Notes: a model not told the origin generated them from the letters alone. A DNA stretch of 64,000 nucleotides from an uncultured Verrucomicrobiae bacterium (GCA_963761585.1 CAVXHW010000012.1:18716-82715); one strand, 5' to 3'; shown: positions 26,662 through 36,627, counted from the first letter of the stretch. Program-made: numbers and translations.

Positions 26662-27195
26662 ATGTTTATTAAATCATTGCAGATCGGGTTAATGGGGTTC
26701 CTCCTTTGTGCTGCGAGCGCTTGGGCCGGACCAGCAAGCATTCAGGGGATCGTTAAGGACGCCCAGGGAAAGCCGATTAAAGGCGCGGATATTCGGGTTG
26801 CGTCGCAAAATGGCAAGCAGCTCTTCAATACGGTAAAGACCGATACACAGGGTCGCTACATTTCACAGGGTTTACAGCCCGGCACTTATCGGGTTTCGCT
26901 CGTAGTCAATGGTGCAGTGAAGGCTGCCATTGGCAATACGAAAACCAGGTCAGATCAGGCAACGCAACTGAACTTTGATCTGAAACCCGTGGCGGCAGGG
27001 CAAGCAAGCGTCGAGCAGAAGAAAGGAAAGCACATGGTCTGGATGCCGCCGGCTACAGGCAGTCATACGGGTGGTCGCTGGGTCGAAGTTTCCGACGGGG
27101 CCACAGAGGCCGGTACTTTGAACGTGAAAAGAGCTAGCGGGGAACAATTGCAGCGTGAAATGCACAGCATGGGCAACCCTAACACGGGTAATTAA
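26662..27195 (+). CDS. secreted CarboxypepD_reg-like module protein, paralogue 2
   Basis: Start taken at MFIKSLQIGLMGFLLCAASAWA by homology with paralogue 1, followed by 'IQGIVKDAQGKPIKGADIRVASQNGKQLFNTVKTDTQGRYISQGLQPGTYRV'. Confidence 0.7.
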   Translation: MFIKSLQIGLMGFLLCAASAWAGPASIQGIVKDAQGKPIKGADIRVASQNGKQLFNTVKTDTQGRYISQGLQPGTYRVSLVVNGAVKAAIGNTKTRSDQATQLNFDLKPVAAGQASVEQKKGKHMVWMPPATGSHTGGRWVEVSDGATEAGTLNVKRASGEQLQREMHSMGNPNTGN

Positions 27196-27328
27196 CTTCG
27201 CCGACGCACGTCAGTAGTAACGCAACACAGACTCAACCTGTCGTTCGCGCTGCCTCATATAACGAGTTTTCAAAATCAAGCGTCGGCTCCTGTTACGCTG
27301 TAGCCTTCTGCGGGTTGGCGGTTAGATG

Positions 27329-28801
27329 TCAACTTGTCGTGATATAGCCTTCTTCGCCATGTTCATTGATATCGAGGCCTTGCCGCTCGATCTCAGGCGG
27401 AATCCGCAGGCCGATTGCTGCTTTCACAAGCGCGCCAATGAGAGCGCTTCCCACGATGGCCAGCGTGATCGTTATCACGATTGCTTTTAGCTGCTCGATC
27501 CAGAGCGTGTGACCAACAATTCGTGCCAGGCCGTTTTGCGTCGCTGGATTGAGCAAGCCGGCGGTGCTTAGCGAAAGATTAGGATTCACGCTTGCCGTCG
27601 CAAAGATGCCGGTGAGAAAGGCGCCGAGCGTTCCGCCCACCGCGTGAATACCGAACGTATCAAGCGCATCGTCATAGCCGAACCAGGATTTGAGTTTCGT
27701 GCACGCAAAAAACGGAACGATTCCCGCAGCAATCCCGATAGTTACCGCGCCGCTCGGCCCCACATATCCGCAAGCCGGTGTTATGACGACCAGCCCGGCC
27801 ACCGCACCAGAGCAAAACCCGAGCACGCTCGGTTTACCCCGCAACGCATACTCGAGCATGGCCCATGTGAACGAGGCGATCGCCGTCGTAAGTGTGGTAC
27901 TCGCGAACGCGTTTGCCGCGATTCCATCTGGCGCTAGTGCGCTACCCGCGTTAAAGCCATACCACCCTACCCAAAGCAAACCAGTTCCCACCATGCAAAG
28001 CACCATGCTGTGCGGCGCCATGATTTCCTTTCTGAATCCGAGCCGGTGTCCGAGGAGAATGCACAGCACCAGCGCTGACCAGCCTGAGCTCATGTGAACG
28101 ACGGTTCCGCCGGCGAAATCGATCGCGGTAATTTTTGCGTTGGGGTTCCACACACCGTTCATCCAGCCGTCAATTCCCCACACCATGTGTGCGATGGGGA
28201 AATAGACGACGAACATCCAGATACTTACAAAGACAAGCACCGCAGCGAACTTCATTCGCTCTGCTACGGCACCCACGATTAAAGCCGGCGTAATGATCGC
28301 GAACATCAGTTGATACATCGCGAAAACATTCTGCGAAACCCAGTAGGAATAGTCAGCGTTCGGTCGCGCATCGACGCCGTGCAGAAACCGAAACTCTAAT
28401 CCGCCAAGAAATGGACACCCGCGCGAAAAAACGAGCGAGTACCCCACTGACCACCAAAGTATGGTGACCAGTCCGGCGATGCCGAGACATTGCGCCAGCA
28501 CCGACAGCACGTTTTTTGCCCGGACCAGCCCGCCATAGAAGAGCGCCAAGCCAGGTAACGTCATAAAAAGCACCAGCGCGGCGCACGTCATCATCCATGC
28601 GTTGTAACTTGGACCAGGCGCAGCGATCTTCGAGCTGCTCGCCGAACCGATATCCACCCCGCGCGGCGAATTGGTTACGTAAGCTTCAAGATCAGCTACG
28701 CGTTGCTCGAGCGATGGCGTAACCGTAGGCGACGACGTTTGAGCAAACAGCGGAGATACGAACGCAATGATTCCGGTGAGCAACAAGACCCGCACCATCA
28801 C
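27329..28801 (-). CDS. amtB: ammonium transporter (Amt family) with N-terminal signal-like extension
   Basis: 'VGAVAERMKF', 'IDFAGGTVVHMSSG', 'DTFGIHAVGGTLGAFLTG' and about 11 hydrophobic helices. Confidence 0.9.
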   Translation of the reverse strand: MMVRVLLLTGIIAFVSPLFAQTSSPTVTPSLEQRVADLEAYVTNSPRGVDIGSASSSKIAAPGPSYNAWMMTCAALVLFMTLPGLALFYGGLVRAKNVLSVLAQCLGIAGLVTILWWSVGYSLVFSRGCPFLGGLEFRFLHGVDARPNADYSYWVSQNVFAMYQLMFAIITPALIVGAVAERMKFAAVLVFVSIWMFVVYFPIAHMVWGIDGWMNGVWNPNAKITAIDFAGGTVVHMSSGWSALVLCILLGHRLGFRKEIMAPHSMVLCMVGTGLLWVGWYGFNAGSALAPDGIAANAFASTTLTTAIASFTWAMLEYALRGKPSVLGFCSGAVAGLVVITPACGYVGPSGAVTIGIAAGIVPFFACTKLKSWFGYDDALDTFGIHAVGGTLGAFLTGIFATASVNPNLSLSTAGLLNPATQNGLARIVGHTLWIEQLKAIVITITLAIVGSALIGALVKAAIGLRIPPEIERQGLDINEHGEEGYITTS

Positions 28802-28929
28802 GCATGTCGGTTATAAGCACGCGAGTTGCTAGCGACAAGAAAATACCATTACAATTCTTGGCGCAGCTGCGCTGCAGCATGCGAGTTCTCAACATGTTTG
28901 TTTGTAGGCGTCTCTGTCTGGCGCCGACG

Positions 28930-30021
28930 TCAAAATGAGACTGTATGTGGAATCATTTCGCGGGGAGACGATTGAAACGAAACGTGCTGAGATACGTCAC
29001 CAGTGTCCTCGTCGTCATCATCATCCTGATCATCTGCATCGTCCGTATCGGCTTCGTCGGCGTTCTCTGTGTCGGATCGTGGCCTGACGGTGGGCATATC
29101 ATTTTGTTGTAGTCGGTTGTAACGTTCACGCACGTCGGCCGGCATTTTGTCGAGGTCTTCCTTGCTTTCGACTGGACCACTGAAAAGCAATTTGCCTTGC
29201 GGATCCTTCGCCGTGAGCAGTTTTTTCCCGTCGACATTCGCCAATTTGAGCTCGCCTTTGTCGTCCGAGAAAACAATCTGCGCTTTGCCTAGGTCGATCT
29301 TGCTTGTCTTGACCGCTCCGTCGTCTTCAAAAAAGATCCGAAGCTGGTCGGCTGCACGACGCGCATCGTCACGCGCACGTCTGGCAGCTTCGTGAGCTTG
29401 AGTCACCGCGTCGCGGATAATGCCACGTTGATCGCCCAATTGCTCTTTGAGTTGTTCCTTGAGGTCCCGCATTTGCCCGTCGAGATCGCCCATTGCATCG
29501 AAATCCCAATTCCAGTCATGATTACCCCCGGGGAAGGCACCGCGTCGCTGCGACACTTCTTTCCTGACGAGTTTAGCCGTAAGCTTTTGCTCCTGTCCCT
29601 TGCGCAAGACAGTGAGCGTTACTTCCGTACCTTCGGGGAAAGTTTGCAGCAGCTTTCGCAATTGACTCGGCTCGATCAGAATTTGGTCGTTTAACAATTT
29701 GAGGATGTCGTTCTGTTGAACGCCAGCAGTAGCAGCGGGGCTGTTCGGCTCTACATAATCGACAACCAAGCCAAAGCCTTTCGCCAAACCAAGTTGGTCG
29801 CTCACAACAGTTGGCACCTGCGATGTGTCCACACCGAGATAGGTAACAGGAACCTTAGGCCCTTTTTCATGATGACCCGGCATCCCCGGTTCGTGATGTC
29901 CTGGCATTCCTGGTGGGTGCGGTGGTTGCGGCGGCTGTGGCGGCGCAGGTGGTGTTTGTGCGAATGTTGCGATCGGCAACAACGCGATGATTGTGATCGT
30001 GAATACGGATTTCATTTTCAT
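28930..30021 (-). CDS. secreted PDZ-domain protein with Pro/His-rich N-region and poly-acidic C-tail
   Basis: Start taken at MKMKSVFTITIIALLPIATFAQ (signal peptide), 17 nt after the upstream stop. PDZ-like 'LGLAKGFGLVVDYVEPNSPAATAGVQQNDILKLLNDQIL'. The tail is DTENADEADTDDADDQDDDDDEDTGD. Confidence 0.6.
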   Translation of the reverse strand: MKMKSVFTITIIALLPIATFAQTPPAPPQPPQPPHPPGMPGHHEPGMPGHHEKGPKVPVTYLGVDTSQVPTVVSDQLGLAKGFGLVVDYVEPNSPAATAGVQQNDILKLLNDQILIEPSQLRKLLQTFPEGTEVTLTVLRKGQEQKLTAKLVRKEVSQRRGAFPGGNHDWNWDFDAMGDLDGQMRDLKEQLKEQLGDQRGIIRDAVTQAHEAARRARDDARRAADQLRIFFEDDGAVKTSKIDLGKAQIVFSDDKGELKLANVDGKKLLTAKDPQGKLLFSGPVESKEDLDKMPADVRERYNRLQQNDMPTVRPRSDTENADEADTDDADDQDDDDDEDTGDVSQHVSFQSSPREMIPHTVSF

Positions 30022-30037
30022 AGTTTGTTTTGTTAAA

Positions 30038-30571
30038 TCATTGACCTGAAACTGGGATGAGCACCACTTCCTCGCTGGGATACGAGACACGGAGCGATGC
30101 ACCCGTTTCCGGATTGCGCCACCGCCAGGTCTGTTGCGTGCGATAGCGAACACGTCGCACCGGTCGTTCTGAGCCGTCAGCAAAATGTAAACCTTCATCC
30201 CGGGCGTTATAAACAACGTTCATCCCACCGGCAGGAATGAACTTGCTGGCAGGTATCGATCGTTCCGTCCCGAGCGGAGCTGGTCGGGTTTCGGGCGCAG
30301 GCGAATTTTTCGCGACGGTTTGTTGCTGGTCGTGCCGACGTTCCATCGTAACGGCTGCGAACAAAATCAAAATCGCGGCAGCAGCGAGGCCAAAGCCTAA
30401 CGACCACCAATTGTACGGCGTTTCTGTGAAACGCCATCGCGTCCGTTTGGCGTCTGACACAGACGCCCTACAATTTTTGAGTCCTTCCCCTACCCGCTCG
30501 AAAAGCACCGGCGACGGCTGTGTCGGTCGCAGCTTTTTTAGTTCCTTTTCAAGCTCGGAAAAATCGTTCAT
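30038..30571 (-). CDS. putative anti-sigma factor (single-pass membrane protein)
   Basis: It overlaps the ECF sigma stop by 4 nt, has one central TM helix (WWSLGFGLAAAAILILFAAV) and sits in the sigma / anti-sigma / PDZ gene order. Confidence 0.5.
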   Translation of the reverse strand: MNDFSELEKELKKLRPTQPSPVLFERVGEGLKNCRASVSDAKRTRWRFTETPYNWWSLGFGLAAAAILILFAAVTMERRHDQQQTVAKNSPAPETRPAPLGTERSIPASKFIPAGGMNVVYNARDEGLHFADGSERPVRRVRYRTQQTWRWRNPETGASLRVSYPSEEVVLIPVSGQ

Positions 30572-31125
30572 TGCGGTTGCAAAGTTTTCTTCAAATTGAT
30601 CAAGGCATAGCGGTACCGCGATGCCGCTGTATTTTGTGAAATTCCCAGCGCGCCAGCGATCTCACTAAATGTAAGGTCGTTCCAGATCTTCAAAACCAGT
30701 ACCTCTCGCTGATCACGCGGCAAAGATTCCACTGCAGCGGCGAGCGCCGACTGCGTGTCATCTTCCAATTCAAAATGCGGCTCAATAGCCGGCTCGGCTT
30801 CAGCCAAAACCGTCGCCTCACGTCGTGCGCGTCGCGCGTCACGACGGATAAAATCGAGCGCGAGAGAACGAACCGCCGAGTAGAGCAACCCGCGGTTAGC
30901 AATGTCGTGGTTGCGACGCCAGAACTTGACGAAAGCGTCTTGAACAATGTCTTCCGCGTCGGCTGCGGATTGCACCCATTGACGGGCGAACAGAAGCAGT
31001 CCGGGCGCAACTTCAGAAAAGCAATTCCTCCAATTCTCATGGCTGGCGATAGGCTCCATGACCTTTTCACGGTCTTTACTTTCAAGACGCCGCCAAGTGG
31101 AGATTTTGTCTATAAGCACAAACAA
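30568..31125 (-). CDS. ECF-type RNA polymerase sigma factor
   Basis: 'DAEDIVQDAFVKFW' (region 2) and 'LPRDQREVLVLKIWNDLTFSEIAGALGISQNTAASRYRYAL' (region 4). The true start may be the internal MEPIASHENW (31059). Confidence 0.8.
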   Translation of the reverse strand: MFVLIDKISTWRRLESKDREKVMEPIASHENWRNCFSEVAPGLLLFARQWVQSAADAEDIVQDAFVKFWRRNHDIANRGLLYSAVRSLALDFIRRDARRARREATVLAEAEPAIEPHFELEDDTQSALAAAVESLPRDQREVLVLKIWNDLTFSEIAGALGISQNTAASRYRYALINLKKTLQPQ

Positions 31126-31184
31126 AATGTTAGGGCGGCCTCGCCGAGCCCGCCACGGCGCGCCCAGCAGTCGCGCGCTACCCT

Positions 31185-32366
31185 CTACGTTTTTGGAATT
31201 GCACGCAGAATTAGATCTCCGAGCCAGTCTGGATGAGCGATTCCCGAGCGATACGCGCGGAGCGATTCCACAGAAGAATTCACGCGGAGATTACTATAGG
31301 AGCCATCTGCATTTTGCCAGCGCTCGTGCCAATAGAGTGCTGCTTTAATCCGCGGATAACGGGTGCGAAACAGCTCCAGACCTTGCTTGAGCCAGGCCGG
31401 TTTATGCATAGCGCTGGGCGGGGCTGTGGTAAGCGGAAATTCGCCGGTCGCCCATTCCGCAATCATGATGGGCTTGTGCGGATCGAGACGGCTCATTTCC
31501 TGATATGGCCAATCGACCAATGAAGGAATGTCCGGATTCGGTTCGTCCTTGTATTGCTGCCCATAAACGCTAAGACCAAGCCAATCGACGTAATCAGATC
31601 CGGGATAATACGCCGCGGCACTGTTCCATGTTTCGTACGGATAGGGATAATTGTTGGTGTGAAACATCCATTTGATGTTTGACGCGCCGCGCGCACGGAC
31701 GCGATCCACAACGTATCGGTACGCTCGCCGAAACGTTTCCGGGCCTTTCCAGTTGTTGTATTCCGGAATCCATTGCGCACCCCCGTAGTAAGCGCCCGAC
31801 CAGGGAAACCACGTGCCGTTCATCTCGACACCAAACACGACAATCATTGGGTGGCCAAAATCCCGGGCCGCGTCAGCCCATTTATCGATGTATGCATCCC
31901 ACTTTCCCACAAGAATTTCAGTCAAACCGAACTTGTCCGGGCCGTGATCTTCCTCATACGGCTTGTCCCAAGGCGACCAAAATACCAGAGGCAACGACCC
32001 GTGACGCCAAATGACGTTGAGATTGCCGGTAGGAAAATTTTGTTCTCCCCAGTAACTCGATGAAACAATGATGGCCTGATGTTTGCCCACCATTTCCTCG
32101 AAATCCTCGATCGTTTCGAGCGTCACGTCGTCCTCCGCATCGCCAAAATCCATGAACGCGCCCGTGTAAACGCCGTGATCCGGAATCACGACTTCGACCG
32201 GTCCGTTTGGATCGACTCGCGTAACGGCGGCATGTTCACGGCATGCGCTAAGCGCGAAACTCAATCCGACGAGTACGATGGCTACTTTGAGCGCTGCGCC
32301 GGCGCGCACTCGAACCTGGACGTTCGCTGGAAGCCGACCGTTGTCCAAAACTGCACTAGAAGCCAT
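31185..32366 (-). CDS. glycoside hydrolase, GH26-like (beta-mannanase-type fold)
   Basis: 'MIVVFGVEMNGTWFPWSG' resembles the GH26 acid/base region, and 'KPIMIAEWATGEF' is a candidate nucleophile region. Signal-anchor N-terminus. Confidence 0.5.
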   Translation of the reverse strand: MASSAVLDNGRLPANVQVRVRAGAALKVAIVLVGLSFALSACREHAAVTRVDPNGPVEVVIPDHGVYTGAFMDFGDAEDDVTLETIEDFEEMVGKHQAIIVSSSYWGEQNFPTGNLNVIWRHGSLPLVFWSPWDKPYEEDHGPDKFGLTEILVGKWDAYIDKWADAARDFGHPMIVVFGVEMNGTWFPWSGAYYGGAQWIPEYNNWKGPETFRRAYRYVVDRVRARGASNIKWMFHTNNYPYPYETWNSAAAYYPGSDYVDWLGLSVYGQQYKDEPNPDIPSLVDWPYQEMSRLDPHKPIMIAEWATGEFPLTTAPPSAMHKPAWLKQGLELFRTRYPRIKAALYWHERWQNADGSYSNLRVNSSVESLRAYRSGIAHPDWLGDLILRAIPKT

Positions 32367-32374
32367 ATCTCGGT

Positions 32375-32463
32375 GTCATTCTGAGCGAAGTCGAAGAATC
32401 TTGGATCAATTCTGGAGTCACCCAGCGGATTAGACCAGAGATGTTTCGCTTCGCTCAATTCGC
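32375..32463. repeat. family A palindromic element
   Basis: GTCATTCTGAGCGAAGTCGAAGAATCT ... gagatgtttcgcttcgctcaattcgcc, immediately upstream of the GH26-like start codon. Confidence 0.85.
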
Positions 32464-32592
32464 CATCGGACGAATCCACCGTGGCGGACATGACAGGGGT
32501 AGTATGTGAGTTAAGTCTTCCGCCACCCAGCAATTCGCCTTGACTGGAATACTGATATTTGAGAACAGATCTGCACTGGATCGAGGCGGCTA

Positions 32593-33177
32593 GTGCAGAC
32601 AAAACTTTTTACAATTTTACTCTTATCTTTCACGGCTGTCGCGCTCTCCGAGGACTTCAAAACGGTTAACGGTAAAGAATATAAGGATGCCACGGTCACG
32701 CGCGTCGAACCCGATGGCATCGTCGTGAAAACAAACTCTGGGATCACGAAGGTTTACTTCACCGAACTGCCAAAAGAAGTTCAGGAACACTTTCATTACG
32801 ATTCCGAAAAGGCCGCGTCATATTCTGCCGAGCAGGCCGCCAATTACACCGCATATCAAAAGCAACAGGAGGAAACCCGACGTCAACAACAGGACGGCGA
32901 CGCAAAGAACAACGCAGCATTAGCGGAACAACAAGCCGCCACCAATCGCACGCAAGCCTTGCAAACCCGCTACGGCGAGCTTGAGAAACAGGAAGATGAC
33001 TTGCTTCGCCAGATCGGTCAGGCGAAGCAACCCGGGCCTGAGTACCGGCAGGGCAAGTCTGTGCGCCATCAGCCGAATCCGCAAAAGTCCGAGTTACCGC
33101 TTCTTCAGAGTCATCTGAGCGATGTGCGCCGCGAAAAAACTGCGGTTAAGAAGCAATTAGAAAAAGCGCAGCGATAG
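32593..33177 (+). CDS. secreted protein with a charged, apparently coiled-coil tail, paralogue of 16161-16814
   Basis: Signal peptide MQTKLFTILLLSFTAVALS plus the shared ~50-aa N-terminal domain, then a Q/E/R-rich C-terminal part. Confidence 0.55.
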   Translation: MQTKLFTILLLSFTAVALSEDFKTVNGKEYKDATVTRVEPDGIVVKTNSGITKVYFTELPKEVQEHFHYDSEKAASYSAEQAANYTAYQKQQEETRRQQQDGDAKNNAALAEQQAATNRTQALQTRYGELEKQEDDLLRQIGQAKQPGPEYRQGKSVRHQPNPQKSELPLLQSHLSDVRREKTAVKKQLEKAQR

Positions 33178-33180
33178 AAG

Positions 33181-33230
33181 GTAGGGACGCCGCGCTGCGG
33201 CGTCCGGACGGCGCAGCGCGCCGTCCCTAC
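33181..33230. repeat. double-hairpin palindromic element (GTAGGG ... CCCTAC family), possible terminator
   Basis: The outer stem GTAGGG/CCCTAC encloses hairpins GACGCCGC-GCT-GCGGCGTC and GGACGGCGC-AGC-GCGCCGTCC. It starts 4 nt after the stop at 33177. Confidence 0.8.
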
Positions 33231-33271
33231 CATGCTTTCATTCTTATCCATCTACGGTTAGATACCCCGCC

Positions 33272-35466
33272 GTGAATAAATCGCGGTCAGGCGCGTTTCT
33301 CGAAAAAAACTGGCTGCGCAATGCCACGATCATCTCGGCCGCAATCCAACTAACCCTCGCTCCACCAACATTTGGAGTCGAAAAGCCGTCCGTAATTTCC
33401 GCGGTTGTGTCTGCCGACCATCCCGTAAATCGGTTGGTCCCGACAGAAGCGTTGGGCGGCGGGGTCGACGGTCACGAGAAAGGCGAGTGTGCCCAAATGT
33501 TCACGGACAAGAATATCACAGAAATGTTATCGGCCGGGCTCGGGCCACTCACATATCGATTGCGCACCGAGCTGGGCAGCGAAGCATGGCATTGGAATCC
33601 GCGCGGCACGTGGAGCGATCCGGTTCACAATTGCGGATACTGGACTTCCGACAACTCTCTCGGCGAACCGATCAACGTTTCGTATGGCTATCGGTTACCA
33701 CGCCGCGGAAATACAATCGATCAGGCAAACGATGACGGTTACTCTCGTATCGCGGACGGCGATCCGAATTCATTTTGGAAAAGTAATCCGTATCTGGATT
33801 CACATTTCACCGGCGAATCTGACGATGCTCATCCCCAGTGGGTGGTGATCGATTTCGGCGCACCAAAATTGGTGAATGCGATCCGAATTCATTGGGGAAC
33901 GCCGTACGCTACGCAATATCGTGTCGAGTACTGGCCCGGCGACGATCCGATGCATCTGCAGTCTGATGATGACGACGACTGGCAGCCGTTCGCAAATGGC
34001 GCAATCGCTCATGCTCATGGTGGTAGTGAATTAGTTCGACTGGCAGAGCGTCCGCGCGCCGTTCAGTTTGTGCGAATCCTAATGAGCCGGAGTTCGCATA
34101 CTGCGGCGGAAAGTTCCGGCGATATTCGCGATTCGTTAGGCTTCGCGATTCGCGAGATCGATTTTGGAAAAATGGGTAAGGATGGACGATTTCATGATCA
34201 CGTTCGTCACGCATCCGATCGGCATCGCCAGACAATTATTTACACGTCGTCTACCGATCCCTGGCATCGCGCCGAAGATCTTGATCCAAGCACAGAGCAG
34301 CCCGGATTGGATTTTATTTTGCGCAGCAAGCTTACCAACAACTGGCCAGTGCTTGTTGCGGTCGGCGCCTTGTACCGACACACCTGAGAATGCTGCCGCC
34401 GAAATCCAGTACCTGCTGCGTCGGAATTATAGCCTGGAAGGAATCGAGTTGGGCGAAGAACCCGATGGACAATGGGTTTCGCCAGAGGATTACGCCGCAC
34501 TGTACGCTGGAGTTGCCCGGCGTTTGGCGGAACTCAAGTCGCCACTAAAAGTCGGAGGCCCGAGCCTGCAAAATTTCGAAGACCAACTGCTCACATGGGC
34601 GGACGCAGCCGGGAATCGTTCGTGGATGAATCGATTTCTCGAATACATTCGAGGCGCAAAAGTCCCTTTTGATTTTTTGTCATTCGAGTTCTATCCATTC
34701 GACAACGTCTGCGCAGATCCTGCGAAGCATCTATTGGAAATCCCAGAGCGCCTCGGCGAGATGATGGCCAGCTTGCGCAGAGACGGAGTGGCCGCAGACA
34801 TTCCGTGGCTCATGACCGAGTACCGGCTATTCTGTTTTTGGCGGACGCCCGGAGGTTGATATCGAAGGTGCACTCTTCGACGCGGATACGGTTGGAGTGT
34901 TTCTGTCGTTAGGCGGCGCGAAGCCGTACCTGTACGGCTACGAGCCAAACTATCTCCAGGATGAGCTCAAATGTTCCTGGGGCAATCTCATGATGATTCA
35001 GTTACGTCCCAAGAGCGATCAACTGAACCGTCTCTCCGCTTACTACGCTACTCAGCTCCTCACGAAAGAATGGATGCAACCGGTAAGTGAGCAGCACGAA
35101 ATATTTCCGGTCACGGTAAACGAACTGAAAAACGGCGCGCAGAGAGTGACGCGCACTACCGTAACTGCGTATGCAGTGCGACGACCGGACAAGCAGTGGG
35201 CCCTACTCGCAATCAACAAAAACCCCAAACGCTCCGCTCAACTCAATGTGGAATTTACTCTGCCTGGCGAAAAGCAGCCGCGGAGTTTTGCTGGCCAAGT
35301 TGAAGTAATTCAATTCTCCCGACAGCAATATGCCTGGCGTGACGACGGCCCAAACGGCCACCCAGTCCGCAGCCTGCCGCCAGCGCAATTCACGCGCGAA
35401 GGTTCAGCAAGCTATGAACTCCCGCCGTATTCACTCACTGTTCTTCGCGGGAAAGTTGCGGACTAA
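33272..35466 (+). CDS. discoidin (F5/8 type C) domain-containing putative glycoside hydrolase; two apparent 1-nt frameshifts (~34374, ~34823)
   Basis: Three consecutive ORFs join seamlessly if one C is removed at each CC site: ...VAVGALY|[14 protein letters not shown]... and ...LMTEY|[31 protein letters not shown].... The discoidin-like core is '[35 protein letters not shown]'. Confidence 0.65.
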
Positions 35467-35488
35467 TGCGTGCCGACGAGGCCGGTGT

Positions 35489-36607
35489 TTATTTGCGGAA
35501 CATTCCGGTAAACCATCCTTTTCGCTGGGACTTCAAAGCTTTCTGGAACTCCTCCTTCACAAAATTTGGGTCCCTCGCGTGAGCCATAGCGTCCATGAGA
35601 TTGATGCGGTCAGCCAGAAGCAGCTCGATAAGACTATCGTCCACAGTATGCATGCCGTCTTTAGCGCCGATTTGAATCAATCCCGGTATCTGCGAAAGCC
35701 GACCGGACCGGATACACGCCTCAATTCCCGAGTTTACCGTCAATAATTCCGTCGCCAAAACAAGACCTGCTTGGCCGCTTCGCGGCAGGAGATACTGGCA
35801 CACCACTCCTAACAACGACCACGCAAGTTGGGCACTGACGAACTGCTGACCTTCTTTGGGAACGGCATCAATAATTCGCCCAATGGCCGTTGGCGCGTCG
35901 TTGGTGTGCATGGTTCCAATCACAAGGTGCCCCGTTTCCGCCGCTGTAATCGCAGTTTGGATCGTGTCCAAGTCCCGCAACTCTCCAACAAGAATGACAT
36001 CCGCATCCTGTCTCAACGCGTTCTTGAGCGCTGCAGCGAAGCTATGCACGTCGGAACCAACCTCGCGCTGGTTCACCAGGCTCCGTCCCTGCGAATGAAC
36101 AAATTCGATCGGATCTTCAATACTGACCATGTTGACCGAACGCCGTCCCGCTATCGTTTGAGCCATGCTCGCCAGTGTTGTGCTTTTGCCTTCGCCGCTT
36201 GCGCCAGTCACCAGCACCAAGCCCGCCCTCGCGTCACACCAACGATCTACCACGGGAGAATGTCCCAATGACTTTAGATCTGGAATTTCGTCAGCGATAC
36301 GTCGGAAGTTTGCCTCAATCGCACCTGACACGTAGCAGGCATTGCCGCGATACCTGCCGAGATCATGAATCTGCAATGCGAAGTCAAGCTGCCATTCGTT
36401 TTCCAGCTTCGCGCGTTGTCCCTCCTTCAAAGCATCGATAACCAATCGCCTTGTATCTTCTGCAGACAGCACCACCGCGTCTTCGCTCAGGGGCTTAATG
36501 ACACTAGCGACGCGTATCATCGGTACGGCGCCTGGTGTCAAATGAAGATCAGAAGCGCCCTGCTGTGCGGCAATAACCAGAAAATCGATCAAATCCTCTT
36601 TCTTCAT
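35489..36607 (-). CDS. pilT: PilT-family type IV pilus retraction ATPase
   Basis: 'DLHLTPGAVPMIRV', Walker A 'VTGASGEGKSTT', 'ILVGELRD' and 'TGHLVIGTMHTN'. Confidence 0.8.
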   Translation of the reverse strand: MKKEDLIDFLVIAAQQGASDLHLTPGAVPMIRVASVIKPLSEDAVVLSAEDTRRLVIDALKEGQRAKLENEWQLDFALQIHDLGRYRGNACYVSGAIEANFRRIADEIPDLKSLGHSPVVDRWCDARAGLVLVTGASGEGKSTTLASMAQTIAGRRSVNMVSIEDPIEFVHSQGRSLVNQREVGSDVHSFAAALKNALRQDADVILVGELRDLDTIQTAITAAETGHLVIGTMHTNDAPTAIGRIIDAVPKEGQQFVSAQLAWSLLGVVCQYLLPRSGQAGLVLATELLTVNSGIEACIRSGRLSQIPGLIQIGAKDGMHTVDDSLIELLLADRINLMDAMAHARDPNFVKEEFQKALKSQRKGWFTGMFRK

Positions 36608-36627
36608 AAGTATTCAAATGGCGCCGT

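Larger units (their letters stand above)
25846..27235 (+). repeat. tandem duplication of a ~694-bp unit (promoter region plus secreted-module gene), two copies
   Basis: 25846-25965 and 26540-26665 align nearly base for base (cgacggtagc..cgcggaaacttcgctttttccctcattc..ttttggaacttcgc..gtgaatcatca..atgtttattaaatcattgcagatcgggttaa). The coding parts stay homologous. Confidence 0.8.

Noticed and set aside
28835-28848. A sigma-54-like element on the minus strand (TGGTATTTTCTTGT) lies ~35 nt upstream of amtB.
   Set aside because: It has TTGT instead of the conserved TTGC at -12. It leaves little room for a 5' UTR, and I saw no NtrC-type upstream sites. It is too weak to call without a genome-wide PWM scan.
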